A stretch of DNA of 22,317 nucleotides from Pseudomonadota bacterium (GTDB lineage: Bacteria > Bdellovibrionota_B > Oligoflexia > Oligoflexales > CAIMVM01), in NCBI GenBank assembly GCA_037142195.1, contig JBAXBA010000061.1, positions 1 through 22,317 of the forward strand. Reading direction: 5' to 3'. Shown here piece by piece: positions 8,899 through 17,861 of this stretch. Position numbers and translations under genes: made by a program. Each line of letters opens with the position of its first letter. Position 1 is the stretch's first letter. The notes beneath the pieces are model-generated. The model was not told the DNA's origin. It did not search any database and saw only the letters and a list, made by a program, of their open reading frames with translations.

Positions 8899-11141
8899 TT
8901 GGTCACTCCACTCTGAGTTGTGTCGAGGTAGTCCTCTGCAATTTTTTGACGTTCTAGTTCCGATTCTTCTCGAGCCTTGTTGTGATCTTTTTGCATTTGT
9001 TCGAGCTTCTTCATTTGGGACTCAGCCATCCATTCATGTGTCTCAGAAAGACGTGATGTGATTTCACCTAAAAACTGATTCGCATGCAGACTTCCTGACG
9101 TTCCCATGGCTATCTCGAGATCGCTACGCAACCTAGTCGCTCGAGCGACAGCCTCGGCCGCCATTTTTGAATGTTCCTCCAAATCGCTCAATTGCTGATT
9201 GAGTTTGGCTTGAAGAGCATTCTGATTGGCGATTACGTCACGGTAAAGTTCTTCCGAGACTTGAAACCAAGTTATCCAAAGGCCGAGAAGACTTTTTTTC
9301 AGCTCCCTTGTGGTATAGTCACCCGTTTGGGTGAGATAGGAATTAAACTTAGAAAGCTCATAGGCCATAGCGAGCGAGTACTGAAGAACAAATTTTTCAT
9401 GCGCAAGGTAAGGAGACAGAGACGATAGAGAGGTTGTGGTGTTTTTTTGAACTTCCAAAGACAGTTCCGCGACTCGCTTCTCAATGTTTTTTTGAAGACT
9501 GAGTATTTCTATCTGATTAGACTCTTTAGGGCGGGAGTTTTGTATCGCTAGCTGCTGAATGGAAAGAACTCCGATATTACGAAGTTTGTCGAGCTGCGCT
9601 TGACCAAGTATCCATCCACCGATGTTTTCAAAGTTTCTTTGAAATTTGGAGGACTCGCTTGATATAAATTCTCTGCGGGAAGAACTGCGAGTGACTGCTT
9701 CACGATCTGCAAGGGATAGATCGTTCTCGAAAATAAAGAGACTTAAAGTGGAAATTCGGTTTGCGAGATCTGCAACCTTTTCGCACTTGCTATTGAGTTC
9801 GCGGCCTCGAATCGTATCGTCAGGGAAGATGGTAGAAAACGGTTTTGAAGCAAGCCAATTGTATTGTTCGATGACACTTGAACTGACAAAGTTAGCTCGA
9901 TCTTCTAACTGATTGATTTTAGAAAATAAATCTTGCCCATTTTCAGCAAGAGAACCCGGATTGCCAATGGATTTGACTTTTGAAACCATGGAAGTAAGCT
10001 GTGCTTCTGTAATTCTTTCTCTACCTAGGGCAGACTCTTTCAGCTCAGATGCGACAGATTCCAGTTTTTTAATCCTATTTTTATAGAAATCTGCATCATT
10101 TTCACTAGAAGTCGTCTGAAGTACAAGAAAAGATCTGTAGAGATCTACCTCGTGCAAATACTGACTCTGTGGAAATGCTGAGAGGAACAAGTCTGAAAGT
10201 TTGAGCGCCTTTTGATAGTCCACAGCCGAAGTTGCTGCGTGAATAGATTCTCTTAGCGCCGCATGATAGTCGATACTTTTGGCATCCACCTTTTCAAGCC
10301 ACGAAAGGGATTCCTTATAGTGTTTTCTATAGAATTCCACCCGCCCCAATGCTAACAGAACCTGATTATGATATGTGGATATTTCGTTTGAGTGAGACAG
10401 AGATTCTGCTTTTAAAAGAATTTCATAGGCACCGTCGGAATCATCACGGGAAATGGCCAATAGCGCTTGGTAGAATAGCCCGCGAGTGGTTGTGGCTTTG
10501 GAAGTGGATTTAGTCGCTTGATTGAGCCAGTCCATGGCAAGATCCGGACTACGGTCTATTACTGCAAGACGTCCCGCCAAAAAGTGTGCTTCAAAAGCGG
10601 ATTCCGTTCCCTCTTCTGCAATAAGAATGGCGGAAATATTTTGTTTGAGTTCCAGACCCTTACTAGGCGACTTCTCTTTTAATAAACAGTCGATGACACT
10701 GGCGAGTACATCGTTGGTTTTTTCGGGATCTAATTGAGACAGTTTTGAGGAATCCGCAAGAAACGCTTTAAAGTGGACAATGGCGGCCGCGTAGTTGCCA
10801 AGAGAAGCTTCTGACTTCCCATAGAGATAGTGATATTGAAGAAGATTTTGAGTTAAGTGAGTGTTGGTACCTCGCTCGTAGCGCTTTAACTCTCTTATGG
10901 TTGCTAGCCAATTGCCTTTTGAAAACCAGTAGACACTATCCTCCAAAGACTTAAAGCTTTGTGATTTGCCAGTTCCCTGGCCAGGAATGTTTTTTACAGC
11001 ATTCTCTGATTTCAGAGATAAACTAACCTCCTTGAGTTGACTCGCTATCTTAGAAATTTCTTTTTCCGGAACGTCAAGAGTATCAGACACAGCGGGTGTG
11101 CTTGCGGCTATTAAGAACCAAAGAAAACCTCGACTTATCAT
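8895..11141 (-). CDS. Exported TPR plus coiled-coil protein (748 aa)
   Basis: Signal peptide; TPRs in the N-terminal half (YHYLYGKSEASLGNYAAA, LLALGRVEFYRKHY, FLSAFPQS); long helical/coiled-coil C-terminal half; ATGA overlaps at both ends. Confidence 0.8.
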   Translation of the reverse strand: MISRGFLWFLIAASTPAVSDTLDVPEKEISKIASQLKEVSLSLKSENAVKNIPGQGTGKSQSFKSLEDSVYWFSKGNWLATIRELKRYERGTNTHLTQNLLQYHYLYGKSEASLGNYAAAIVHFKAFLADSSKLSQLDPEKTNDVLASVIDCLLKEKSPSKGLELKQNISAILIAEEGTESAFEAHFLAGRLAVIDRSPDLAMDWLNQATKSTSKATTTRGLFYQALLAISRDDSDGAYEILLKAESLSHSNEISTYHNQVLLALGRVEFYRKHYKESLSWLEKVDAKSIDYHAALRESIHAATSAVDYQKALKLSDLFLSAFPQSQYLHEVDLYRSFLVLQTTSSENDADFYKNRIKKLESVASELKESALGRERITEAQLTSMVSKVKSIGNPGSLAENGQDLFSKINQLEDRANFVSSSVIEQYNWLASKPFSTIFPDDTIRGRELNSKCEKVADLANRISTLSLFIFENDLSLADREAVTRSSSRREFISSESSKFQRNFENIGGWILGQAQLDKLRNIGVLSIQQLAIQNSRPKESNQIEILSLQKNIEKRVAELSLEVQKNTTTSLSSLSPYLAHEKFVLQYSLAMAYELSKFNSYLTQTGDYTTRELKKSLLGLWITWFQVSEELYRDVIANQNALQAKLNQQLSDLEEHSKMAAEAVARATRLRSDLEIAMGTSGSLHANQFLGEITSRLSETHEWMAESQMKKLEQMQKDHNKAREESELERQKIAEDYLDTTQSGVTK

Positions 11142-11869
11142 CGGCCATCTCCAGTTTTTAGACTTATATCGATTTTTTTGCTGGCTAAAACGGCCCCGGC
11201 TACAAGGCTATATTCCTTTGCTACAGCTTGACCATCAGACTGGATCTCGTATTTTTTGTCGAGGCTCCAACTTATATCTTCATCCGCAAGGAGCCTGCTT
11301 GAGCTCCATCCCCAGACGCCTTCAACTTTGAGAGTATGTTTACCTTGGGGCAGAGCACCTTCGTATATTTTGAAATTTTGCGGCAGACTGCTGCTTGACT
11401 GGGAAAGTTTATATTCAAAAAGAGGAACATCATTTAGCAGAAATCTCAGATACTTTGTCCGAACTTTCTGATCTTCTAAGCCTTTAAAGAAAATTGTGAC
11501 CCTAGGCATGATCTTAGAGTCTTCTGTCAGACTTGCGGCTTGAACATTGACCTTTTCCGTCAGAGTCTTTAAATCTGAATCGAGTCTTGAGATTTCATTT
11601 GAGAGATCACTTATTTTCTTAAGCTCGTCTAGGTTTGCTGGCACACTTTCAGAAGTAAATGCCTGACCCATTTTTTTTCCATTTTTTTTAACAACTTTGT
11701 ATGGCTCAAGAACTTCGGACCTTTGATCATCTAGTTTTTTTTCTAGTCTATCCAATACGGAGTCGATTCCACCAACTTCGGCCTCACCAGCAAGTGCTAA
11801 TTTGCCAGCGAATAAAACACTCATTAAGAACAAATTTGTTTTAACGAAAATCTTTAGAATTTGGTTCAT
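11138..11869 (-). CDS. Exported hypothetical protein: coiled coil plus C-terminal beta-rich domain
   Basis: Signal peptide ending ALA; heptad region LDELKKISDLSNEISRLDSDLKTL; beta domain with IYEGALPQGKHTLKV; ATGA overlaps at both ends. Confidence 0.75.
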   Translation of the reverse strand: MNQILKIFVKTNLFLMSVLFAGKLALAGEAEVGGIDSVLDRLEKKLDDQRSEVLEPYKVVKKNGKKMGQAFTSESVPANLDELKKISDLSNEISRLDSDLKTLTEKVNVQAASLTEDSKIMPRVTIFFKGLEDQKVRTKYLRFLLNDVPLFEYKLSQSSSSLPQNFKIYEGALPQGKHTLKVEGVWGWSSSRLLADEDISWSLDKKYEIQSDGQAVAKEYSLVAGAVLASKKIDISLKTGDGR

Positions 11870-13146
11870 TGCTCACCCCTTCTAACATTAGTTCTCTGGT
11901 CATATGCTATCTTTTTTTGTGGCAGGTAGGCATTGATCGTTAAAAATGCTTGGGACTTGCTCTGGCTTAAATCTACGGGCAATAGCAATTCAAAACCCCG
12001 AGGAAGTTTCATCTGGGGATATCTGCTCGCCACTTTCTTGTTGATACAGGGATTGAACTTTAAAATTTCATTCGTGTCTAGCTCGACAATTTCTGCCAGG
12101 TCTTTAAGAGAAACTGACTGCTTCAATTTTCCCGATGCTAATTTGAGTTTACTAGGACGCAGGGATACGGAGCCATCAAGAATTGCTTTATTATAGGAGT
12201 TTCTTGCGGCGATGAATTCGGCATAGAAATTTTGCGAGGCAAAGCCGAATGAAGGCCCATCCCATTTTTCAATGAGGTAAGGAAGATAATCTGACCTTAG
12301 TGATTTTACTGCCCGAGCAATGCCAGCCGGCCCATGATTATATGCAGTTACCGCAAGTGGCCAACTCCTGAGGTCTTGATAGTTGGATTTGAAGAGCTGA
12401 GCCGCAGCTCTTGCTGCTTTTATTGGCGAATTGCGTTCATCGATAAGTTGATTCACAATCATGTAATTTTGTGCCGTTCCCGGCATGAATTGAAACATTC
12501 CAGAAGCGCCGACTTTAGAGATAGCGCTCTCATTGAACATGGATTCCACAAAAGCAATCCTGGTGAGATCGGTGGGGACGCCTACCGCTTTAAACTCCAT
12601 TTCTAAGTAGGGCAGAAAGTCTTGAGCTTTTTCTGCTGCTGATTTGAAGATATCAGCCATGCCTCGCTGCTGCCTAATAGAAGCCGTACCGCTCATGAGT
12701 CTTCCATAGGCCTTTTTATTTTTACTATAGACTTGGTAGACGCGGTCTTCCATTAGACCAAGATTTCTAGCTTCAGAACCTAGTTTAGAAAATTGGCGAA
12801 GCGCCGCTTCATAACGCCGCTGATATTTTTCGGCGACATTCTTTTGACCGCTTGCTGTCAACAAGAGCTTGTCGCTTTTTAGAGCAGCCATTCTTGAGAA
12901 AGGTAAGATATCTAAAATGAGCTGAGGATCCTTACTGTCATGAATGATGATGGTTTTAGAGTCATACTCTTGAAAGATTCTTTCCCAGTAGCTCACGCGC
13001 TCCCCTAATTCGGGCGGTGGTTCTAGACTCGCATCATTTGTAATAGCGCCAGCCGAAGTCGCGACTATTGCCATTAGGAATAGAGTCCAAGTGGCAGTAC
13101 CCGCCTGCATAAGGATATTTCTTGCTTGATTACGAAGAAGTGCCAT
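11866..13146 (-). CDS. Lytic murein transglycosylase, MltD-like (SLT domain, degenerate LysM-like C-terminus)
   Basis: IAFVESMFN (catalytic Glu), AISKVGASGMFQFMPGTA, DERNSP, WPLAVTAYNHG motifs; signal peptide ending AGA. Start uncertain (13164/13146/13110); GGAG precedes 13146. Confidence 0.9.
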   Translation of the reverse strand: MALLRNQARNILMQAGTATWTLFLMAIVATSAGAITNDASLEPPPELGERVSYWERIFQEYDSKTIIIHDSKDPQLILDILPFSRMAALKSDKLLLTASGQKNVAEKYQRRYEAALRQFSKLGSEARNLGLMEDRVYQVYSKNKKAYGRLMSGTASIRQQRGMADIFKSAAEKAQDFLPYLEMEFKAVGVPTDLTRIAFVESMFNESAISKVGASGMFQFMPGTAQNYMIVNQLIDERNSPIKAARAAAQLFKSNYQDLRSWPLAVTAYNHGPAGIARAVKSLRSDYLPYLIEKWDGPSFGFASQNFYAEFIAARNSYNKAILDGSVSLRPSKLKLASGKLKQSVSLKDLAEIVELDTNEILKFNPCINKKVASRYPQMKLPRGFELLLPVDLSQSKSQAFLTINAYLPQKKIAYDQRTNVRRGEQ

Positions 13147-13183
13147 GCTATCAAAACGCTCCATGACGAATTTTGTATGATGT

Positions 13184-13260
13184 CGGGGTGTAGCGCAGCT
13201 TGGTAGCGCGTACGTCTGGGGGGCGTGAGGTCGCTGGTTCGAATCCAGTCACCCCGACCA
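13184..13260 (+). tRNA. tRNA-Pro (anticodon GGG)
   Basis: Cloverleaf: acceptor CGGGGTG/CACCCCG, D arm GCGC/GCGC, anticodon loop CT-GGG-GG, T loop TTCGAAT, encoded CCA end; 77 nt. Confidence 0.97.
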
Positions 13261-13370
13261 TTAATATAGAGTTCATGTCTCTCCCCTTTCCTGTCCCCAT
13301 CCATCTTAGAAATCATCGACTTTTTAGAATTTGCTAATCGCGAGTCTGAGTCCATAGAACTCACATCCTA

Positions 13371-13397
13371 TTGTAGCTCTGACTTAGAGAGCTACAA
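13371..13397. terminator. Perfect 10-bp hairpin between convergent tRNA-Pro and ferredoxin
   Basis: TTGTAGCTCT-GACTTAG-AGAGCTACAA. No U-tract on either side, so the terminator role is uncertain. Confidence 0.4.
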
Positions 13398-13563
13398 CTC
13401 GGCAATATGTATCTAGGCCTACTCCGAAAGTTCACTGACAGGCAGATGAGGAAGATAAAGAGGTTTGAATAGGTAAAAGGATGTGTCGACGTGCCATGCC
13501 CACCTTCACAATGCTCATGTACTTTCTATTGTTGCTGCTAAGGCAAGTCCCGGCCAGGCAAGG

Positions 13564-13881
13564 CTACCAATCAGTGGTAAGTTCAATTTCTGAGTCCGCA
13601 AAGATCCGGACCTGGCAAGCCAGTCGCTCGTGGGGTTTGGCAGCCAGTGCCAAAAGATATTCTTGTTCTTTGGGAGACTTGGGGCTTAAACCATCTTTGT
13701 GGCAAGTAAACGAACAAATGCCGCAGTCGGCCTTGCGGCAGTCAAACTCTAAAGGAAGTTTCTGTTTCAAAGAAATAGCCTCTAAGCCAAGGCCTGGCCG
13801 AACCTCGAAAGTTCTAGACATGCCGTCAATAAGGACGGTCAGTTTAACTCGTTTTTGCGCTGGATCAATTTTTGTTTCCAA
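13564..13881 (-). CDS. fdx: 2Fe-2S ferredoxin
   Basis: C-x4-C-x2-C (DCRKADCGIC) plus RLACQ; TTG start with GAGG upstream. Confidence 0.88.
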   Translation of the reverse strand: METKIDPAQKRVKLTVLIDGMSRTFEVRPGLGLEAISLKQKLPLEFDCRKADCGICSFTCHKDGLSPKSPKEQEYLLALAAKPHERLACQVRIFADSEIELTTDW

Positions 13882-14252
13882 ACGTCCCTCTTAAAGAACT
13901 TCCCGCGATATTTAGAATGACGGGGGTTTTCCACCAAAAATCCGGTTCCACGCTCATCTTGAACCCAGTCTATTTTTGACCCTTTTACAAATTCAAGCGT
14001 GTCCTGGTCTGTAATCAGTTGCAATCGGCTGCCTGCGATGGGCCCAAGGTCCACATCACCTTCGGTTTTGGAATCAAAACTTACGCCGTAAAAAAAGCCG
14101 TCACAACCCTTACCTTCCAGGTACAAACGCAAAGAATCTGATTTTCTATAGTCATTCCAGAGGTTTATGGCCTGATTCGCCGCTGCCTCACTGATAGCAA
14201 TCAAAGGTTCTTGCGCCTTTGGAGGTATATTGCTAGATGTCTCATCCCTCAT
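13839..14252 (-). CDS. HesB/IscA-family (A-type carrier-like) protein lacking the C-terminal CxC motif
   Basis: ISEAAA...LRLYLEGKGCDGFFYGVSFD...FVKGSKIDWV...GFLVENP matches the HesB fold. Start placed at MRDETS (AAGG upstream) because the longer ORF would overlap the sufB start. Confidence 0.85.
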   Translation of the reverse strand: MRDETSSNIPPKAQEPLIAISEAAANQAINLWNDYRKSDSLRLYLEGKGCDGFFYGVSFDSKTEGDVDLGPIAGSRLQLITDQDTLEFVKGSKIDWVQDERGTGFLVENPRHSKYRGKFFKRDVWKQKLIQRKNELN

Positions 14253-14313
14253 GGAAAGCCTTTCTATGAGTTGCCATGGTCCCAACTCCTGAGCTCGGAA
14301 AGATATATCTAGC

Positions 14314-14340
14314 AAAATCTTGACTAAATTGCTAAACATA
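14314..14340 (+). promoter_or_regulatory. Possible Rrf2/IscR-type operator in the divergent hesB/sufB intergenic region
   Basis: AAAATCTTGACTAAATTGCTAAACATA contains TTGACT followed by an AT-rich core, resembling IscR type-1 sites as recalled. Only one half-site is good. Confidence 0.3.
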
Positions 14341-14422
14341 TTTCCAGAGGGGCTATCTTCTTGAAGGACCCTGTCTATATACGAGAATCCTTTAAATTGG
14401 CAAGAAAATAGGAGAACGCGGC

Positions 14423-15853
14423 ATGTCTGAAGCACCTCTGACTAACCGTGAATATAAATACGGCTTCTATACAGATATTGAAACCGAAGAGTTCCCCAAG
14501 GGACTTTCTGAATCCATCATTCGAAAGATCTCGGCGATTAAAGAAGAGCCCGACTTTATTCTAGACTTTAGACTCAAGGCCTTTCGGCATTGGATCACCT
14601 TGGAAGAACCAAAGTGGGCCAATGTAAGATATCCCAAAATAGATTTTCAGGACTTGAAATACTATTCAGCACCCAAGAAAAAGCCACAGCTAAGCAGTTT
14701 AGAAGAAGTAGATCCTGACATATTGGAAACCTTTGAAAGGCTAGGAATTCCTTTATCTGAGCAAAAACGCCTGTCCGGTGTTGCAGTAGACGCCGTATTT
14801 GACTCAGTCTCCATCATGACGACCCATAAAGCGGATTTGGCGAAATTTGGCATCTATTTTGGCTCTCTTTCTGAAGGCGTCAAAGAGTACCCAGACGTTG
14901 TGAAAAAGTATCTGGGTAGCGTGGTGCCCTATAAAGACAATTTCTATGCCGCTCTCAATTCAGCCGTTTTTAGTGATGGCTCACTGGTTTATATTCCTAA
15001 AGGTGTACGCTGCCCTATGGATTTGTCTACCTACTTTAGAATTAATGCCAGAGAGACTGGTCAATTTGAAAGAACTTTAATCATCGCGGAAGAAGGTAGC
15101 TATGTGAGCTATCTGGAAGGGTGCACGGCACCGATGCGCGATGAAAATCAATTGCATGCCGCCGTCGTTGAGCTTGTGGCCTTAAAAGATGCCGAAATAA
15201 AATACTCCACGGTCCAAAACTGGTACGCGGGAGACAAAGAAGGAAAAGGCGGCGTCTACAACTTTGTTACCAAGCGCGGGCTGTGCAAAGGAGACAACTC
15301 CAAAATTTCTTGGACCCAGGTAGAGACAGGCTCTTCGGTTACTTGGAAGTATCCCAGTGTAATTCTTCAAGGGGACCATTCTATCGGAGAGTTCTATTCC
15401 GTAGCCCTCACTAATTTCAAAATGCAGGCAGATACGGGCACGAAAATGATTCACCTTGGCAAAAATACAACGAGTAAAATTGTATCTAAAGGCATTACTT
15501 GCGACGAGTCCATTGGCACTTACCGTGGTCAAGTGCGTATTGCGGCTTCAGCTGAAAATGCCAGGAACTATACTTGCTGCGATTCCATGCTGGTGGGCGA
15601 TACAAGCATCGCCTGCACAGTTCCCTATATTGAAGTAAAGAACAAATCCGCTGTCGTCGAACATGAGGCATCCACCTCAAAAATAAGCAGCGATCAAATT
15701 TTCTATTTTAAGTCCCGGGGCATTGGTGAAGAAGAAGCCATAAGTCTCTTGCTAAATGGCTTTTGCAGAGATGTCTTTAACACCCTCCCAGCTGAGTTTG
15801 CTGTAGAAGCGGTCAAACTACTAGAATTGAAGTTAGAAAACAGTGTTGGTTAA
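14423..15853 (+). CDS. sufB: Fe-S cluster assembly protein SufB
   Basis: [74 protein letters not shown]. Confidence 0.98.
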   Translation: MSEAPLTNREYKYGFYTDIETEEFPKGLSESIIRKISAIKEEPDFILDFRLKAFRHWITLEEPKWANVRYPKIDFQDLKYYSAPKKKPQLSSLEEVDPDILETFERLGIPLSEQKRLSGVAVDAVFDSVSIMTTHKADLAKFGIYFGSLSEGVKEYPDVVKKYLGSVVPYKDNFYAALNSAVFSDGSLVYIPKGVRCPMDLSTYFRINARETGQFERTLIIAEEGSYVSYLEGCTAPMRDENQLHAAVVELVALKDAEIKYSTVQNWYAGDKEGKGGVYNFVTKRGLCKGDNSKISWTQVETGSSVTWKYPSVILQGDHSIGEFYSVALTNFKMQADTGTKMIHLGKNTTSKIVSKGITCDESIGTYRGQVRIAASAENARNYTCCDSMLVGDTSIACTVPYIEVKNKSAVVEHEASTSKISSDQIFYFKSRGIGEEEAISLLLNGFCRDVFNTLPAEFAVEAVKLLELKLENSVG

Positions 15854-15865
15854 ATAGGAGTTTAG

Positions 15866-16618
15866 ATGTTTGAGATAAAAAATCTACATGCAGGCATAGC
15901 TAGTAAGGAAGTCATCAAAGGCCTCAATCTTACCGTTAATCCTGGTGAAGTACACGCGATCATGGGCCCGAATGGCTCTGGAAAAAGCACATTTTCTAAG
16001 GTAGTTGCAGGCCATTCTGATTATGAAGTGTCAGAAGGCGAAGTTCTATTAGACATTCATTTTAAAATGAAAAACATACTACTTCTCACTCCTGATGAAA
16101 GAGCAAGAAATGGTATTTTCTTAGCATTTCAGTATCCCACCGAAGTACCAGGAGTGAATAATCTCGAGTTTTTACGGGCTTCTTTCAATGCTACCATGCG
16201 AGAACAGGGCATTCAGGAAATGGACGCCTCAAGTTTTGAAGCTTTTGTGCTCAAGAAAATTGAATTTTTAGGCATGAAACCCGACTTCTTAGCTCGCCAA
16301 GTCAATGTGGATTTTTCTGGCGGTGAAAAAAAGAGAAACGAAGTCTTACAAATGGCGGTTCTATCTCCGAGGCTTTGTATCTTAGATGAAATCGATTCTG
16401 GATTGGACGTAGATTCCCTAAAAGCAGTTGCCGATGGAGTCAACCGTTTAAGATCAAAGGAAAATGCTTTTATACTTATAACCCATTACCAAAGACTACT
16501 CGATTATATCGTCCCTGATAAAGTCCATATCTTTAACGATGGACGGATCATAAAGTCTGGCGGCAAAGAACTGGCCAAAGAGGTAGAAACTCTAGGCTAT
16601 GACCATTTAATTCATTGA
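15866..16618 (+). CDS. sufC: Fe-S cluster assembly ATPase SufC
   Basis: HAIMGPNGSGKST Walker A, FLAFQYP, FSGGEKKRNE, LDEIDSGLD, ITHYQRLL; AGGAG RBS. Confidence 0.98.
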   Translation: MFEIKNLHAGIASKEVIKGLNLTVNPGEVHAIMGPNGSGKSTFSKVVAGHSDYEVSEGEVLLDIHFKMKNILLLTPDERARNGIFLAFQYPTEVPGVNNLEFLRASFNATMREQGIQEMDASSFEAFVLKKIEFLGMKPDFLARQVNVDFSGGEKKRNEVLQMAVLSPRLCILDEIDSGLDVDSLKAVADGVNRLRSKENAFILITHYQRLLDYIVPDKVHIFNDGRIIKSGGKELAKEVETLGYDHLIH

Positions 16619-16625
16619 GGTTTTT

Positions 16626-17861
16626 ATGGGTCAAATCGTAGAAAGCTTTGAAAAGGTTTGGGCGGAAGCTGATCAATCGCATCCACCTAAAAATTTTGTG
16701 CGCCGGATTCGAAAAGAATTAGAATCCTCACCTTGGCCAGACCGGGGGCATGAAGATTTCAAATACACAAATATTTCCAAATATTTGAGTTCGCCTTTTA
16801 TAAGTTCCAAAAAAGAACTGTTTCTAATTGAAAACGACAACGCCTATCATACCATCACTTTTATCAATGGTTATTTGACTTCTAAAAATGTGGATACGCA
16901 GTCGATTCAAATTTCTGAACTGGAACCGGAATCCCACTTTTTAGAAAAGCCATCAACTCAGATACTTTCACTTCTCAACTGGGCCCAAGGTGGTAAAACC
17001 GTTCATATTCAAGTGCTTTCCACCTGTACTAAGCCCCTTTTCATTCAATATATCAATGTGGGCTCTGATAGCCAAAGCCTCATACAGCCAAGAATAGCAG
17101 TAGCTTTATCACCTCATGCCAAAATCACGATACTTGAGGATACTCTCGATATGGGTGGCAGCGGGGGATTTGTAAATAAACTATTTATGGCAACCCTTGC
17201 CGAAGGCTCAGAGCTAAATCACTACCGCATTCAAAATGAGGGGCACAAAGCCACTTCAAATGGTTCCAATCAAGTGGAAGTTCATAAAGATGCGAGCTAT
17301 AAAACATGGCATTTTAACTTAGGCAGCCTTTTGGGGCGTGAGGCAAGTCAAATCCGTCTGCTTGAAGAAGGGGCTAGGACTCAACTCAAAGGACTTTATC
17401 TTTCCACCGAAAATCGGCAGCTCGATCAACATATTGAAGTCTTCCATGACTCCCCAAATACCTATAGTAAACAGCATTTCAAAGGCATTTTGCGTGGGAA
17501 ATCTAAGGCCGTCTTTAATGGACGCATTTATGTTGCGAAAGGCGCCTCTGGAGTAGACGCCAGGCAGCTAAATAATAACCTCCTCCTCTCGTCAGAAGCT
17601 GAGATTGATACAAAACCTGAACTGATTATCGAAAACTCCGACGTCAAGTGCTCCCATGGCGCCACAGTCGGACAGCTCAACCCAGATCAAATCTTCTATT
17701 TAATGGCTCGGGGCATCCCAGCACCTCAGGCTGAAGAAATCATTTGTCGGGCTTTTGCCGAAGAAATCCTATTTAGCATAGAAAACGTAGATATTAGAAA
17801 AAAGGTGACGCGAGCTTGTGCTCACGTCTTGAACCAAGGAGGACTATATGCTCCAGTTTAG
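16626..17861 (+). CDS. sufD: Fe-S cluster assembly protein SufD
   Basis: EDFKYT, AVFNGRIYV, NNLLLS..AEIDTKPELII..DVKCSHGATVGQL...FYLMARGI; follows sufC. Confidence 0.95.
   Translation: MGQIVESFEKVWAEADQSHPPKNFVRRIRKELESSPWPDRGHEDFKYTNISKYLSSPFISSKKELFLIENDNAYHTITFINGYLTSKNVDTQSIQISELEPESHFLEKPSTQILSLLNWAQGGKTVHIQVLSTCTKPLFIQYINVGSDSQSLIQPRIAVALSPHAKITILEDTLDMGGSGGFVNKLFMATLAEGSELNHYRIQNEGHKATSNGSNQVEVHKDASYKTWHFNLGSLLGREASQIRLLEEGARTQLKGLYLSTENRQLDQHIEVFHDSPNTYSKQHFKGILRGKSKAVFNGRIYVAKGASGVDARQLNNNLLLSSEAEIDTKPELIIENSDVKCSHGATVGQLNPDQIFYLMARGIPAPQAEEIICRAFAEEILFSIENVDIRKKVTRACAHVLNQGGLYAPV

Noticed and set aside
13184..13260. tRNA-Pro as an integration site for an island
   Set aside because: No integrase, no duplicated tRNA 3' end seen, and the flanks look like core genes.
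13074..13364. 96-aa minus-strand ORF
   Set aside because: It is the antisense shadow of the tRNA (GRGDWIRTSDLTPPRR is typical of reverse-read tRNA).
13542..13557. sigma54-like TGGCCGGGACTTGC on the minus strand
   Set aside because: GG-to-GC spacing is 9 nt instead of the required 10.
13481..13894. 137-aa plus-strand ORF
   Set aside because: Antisense to the well-supported ferredoxin, with no recognisable motif.
14253..14435. 61-aa N-terminal extension of the HesB-like ORF
   Set aside because: It crosses the divergent promoter region and overlaps the sufB start; the fold begins after Met at 14252.
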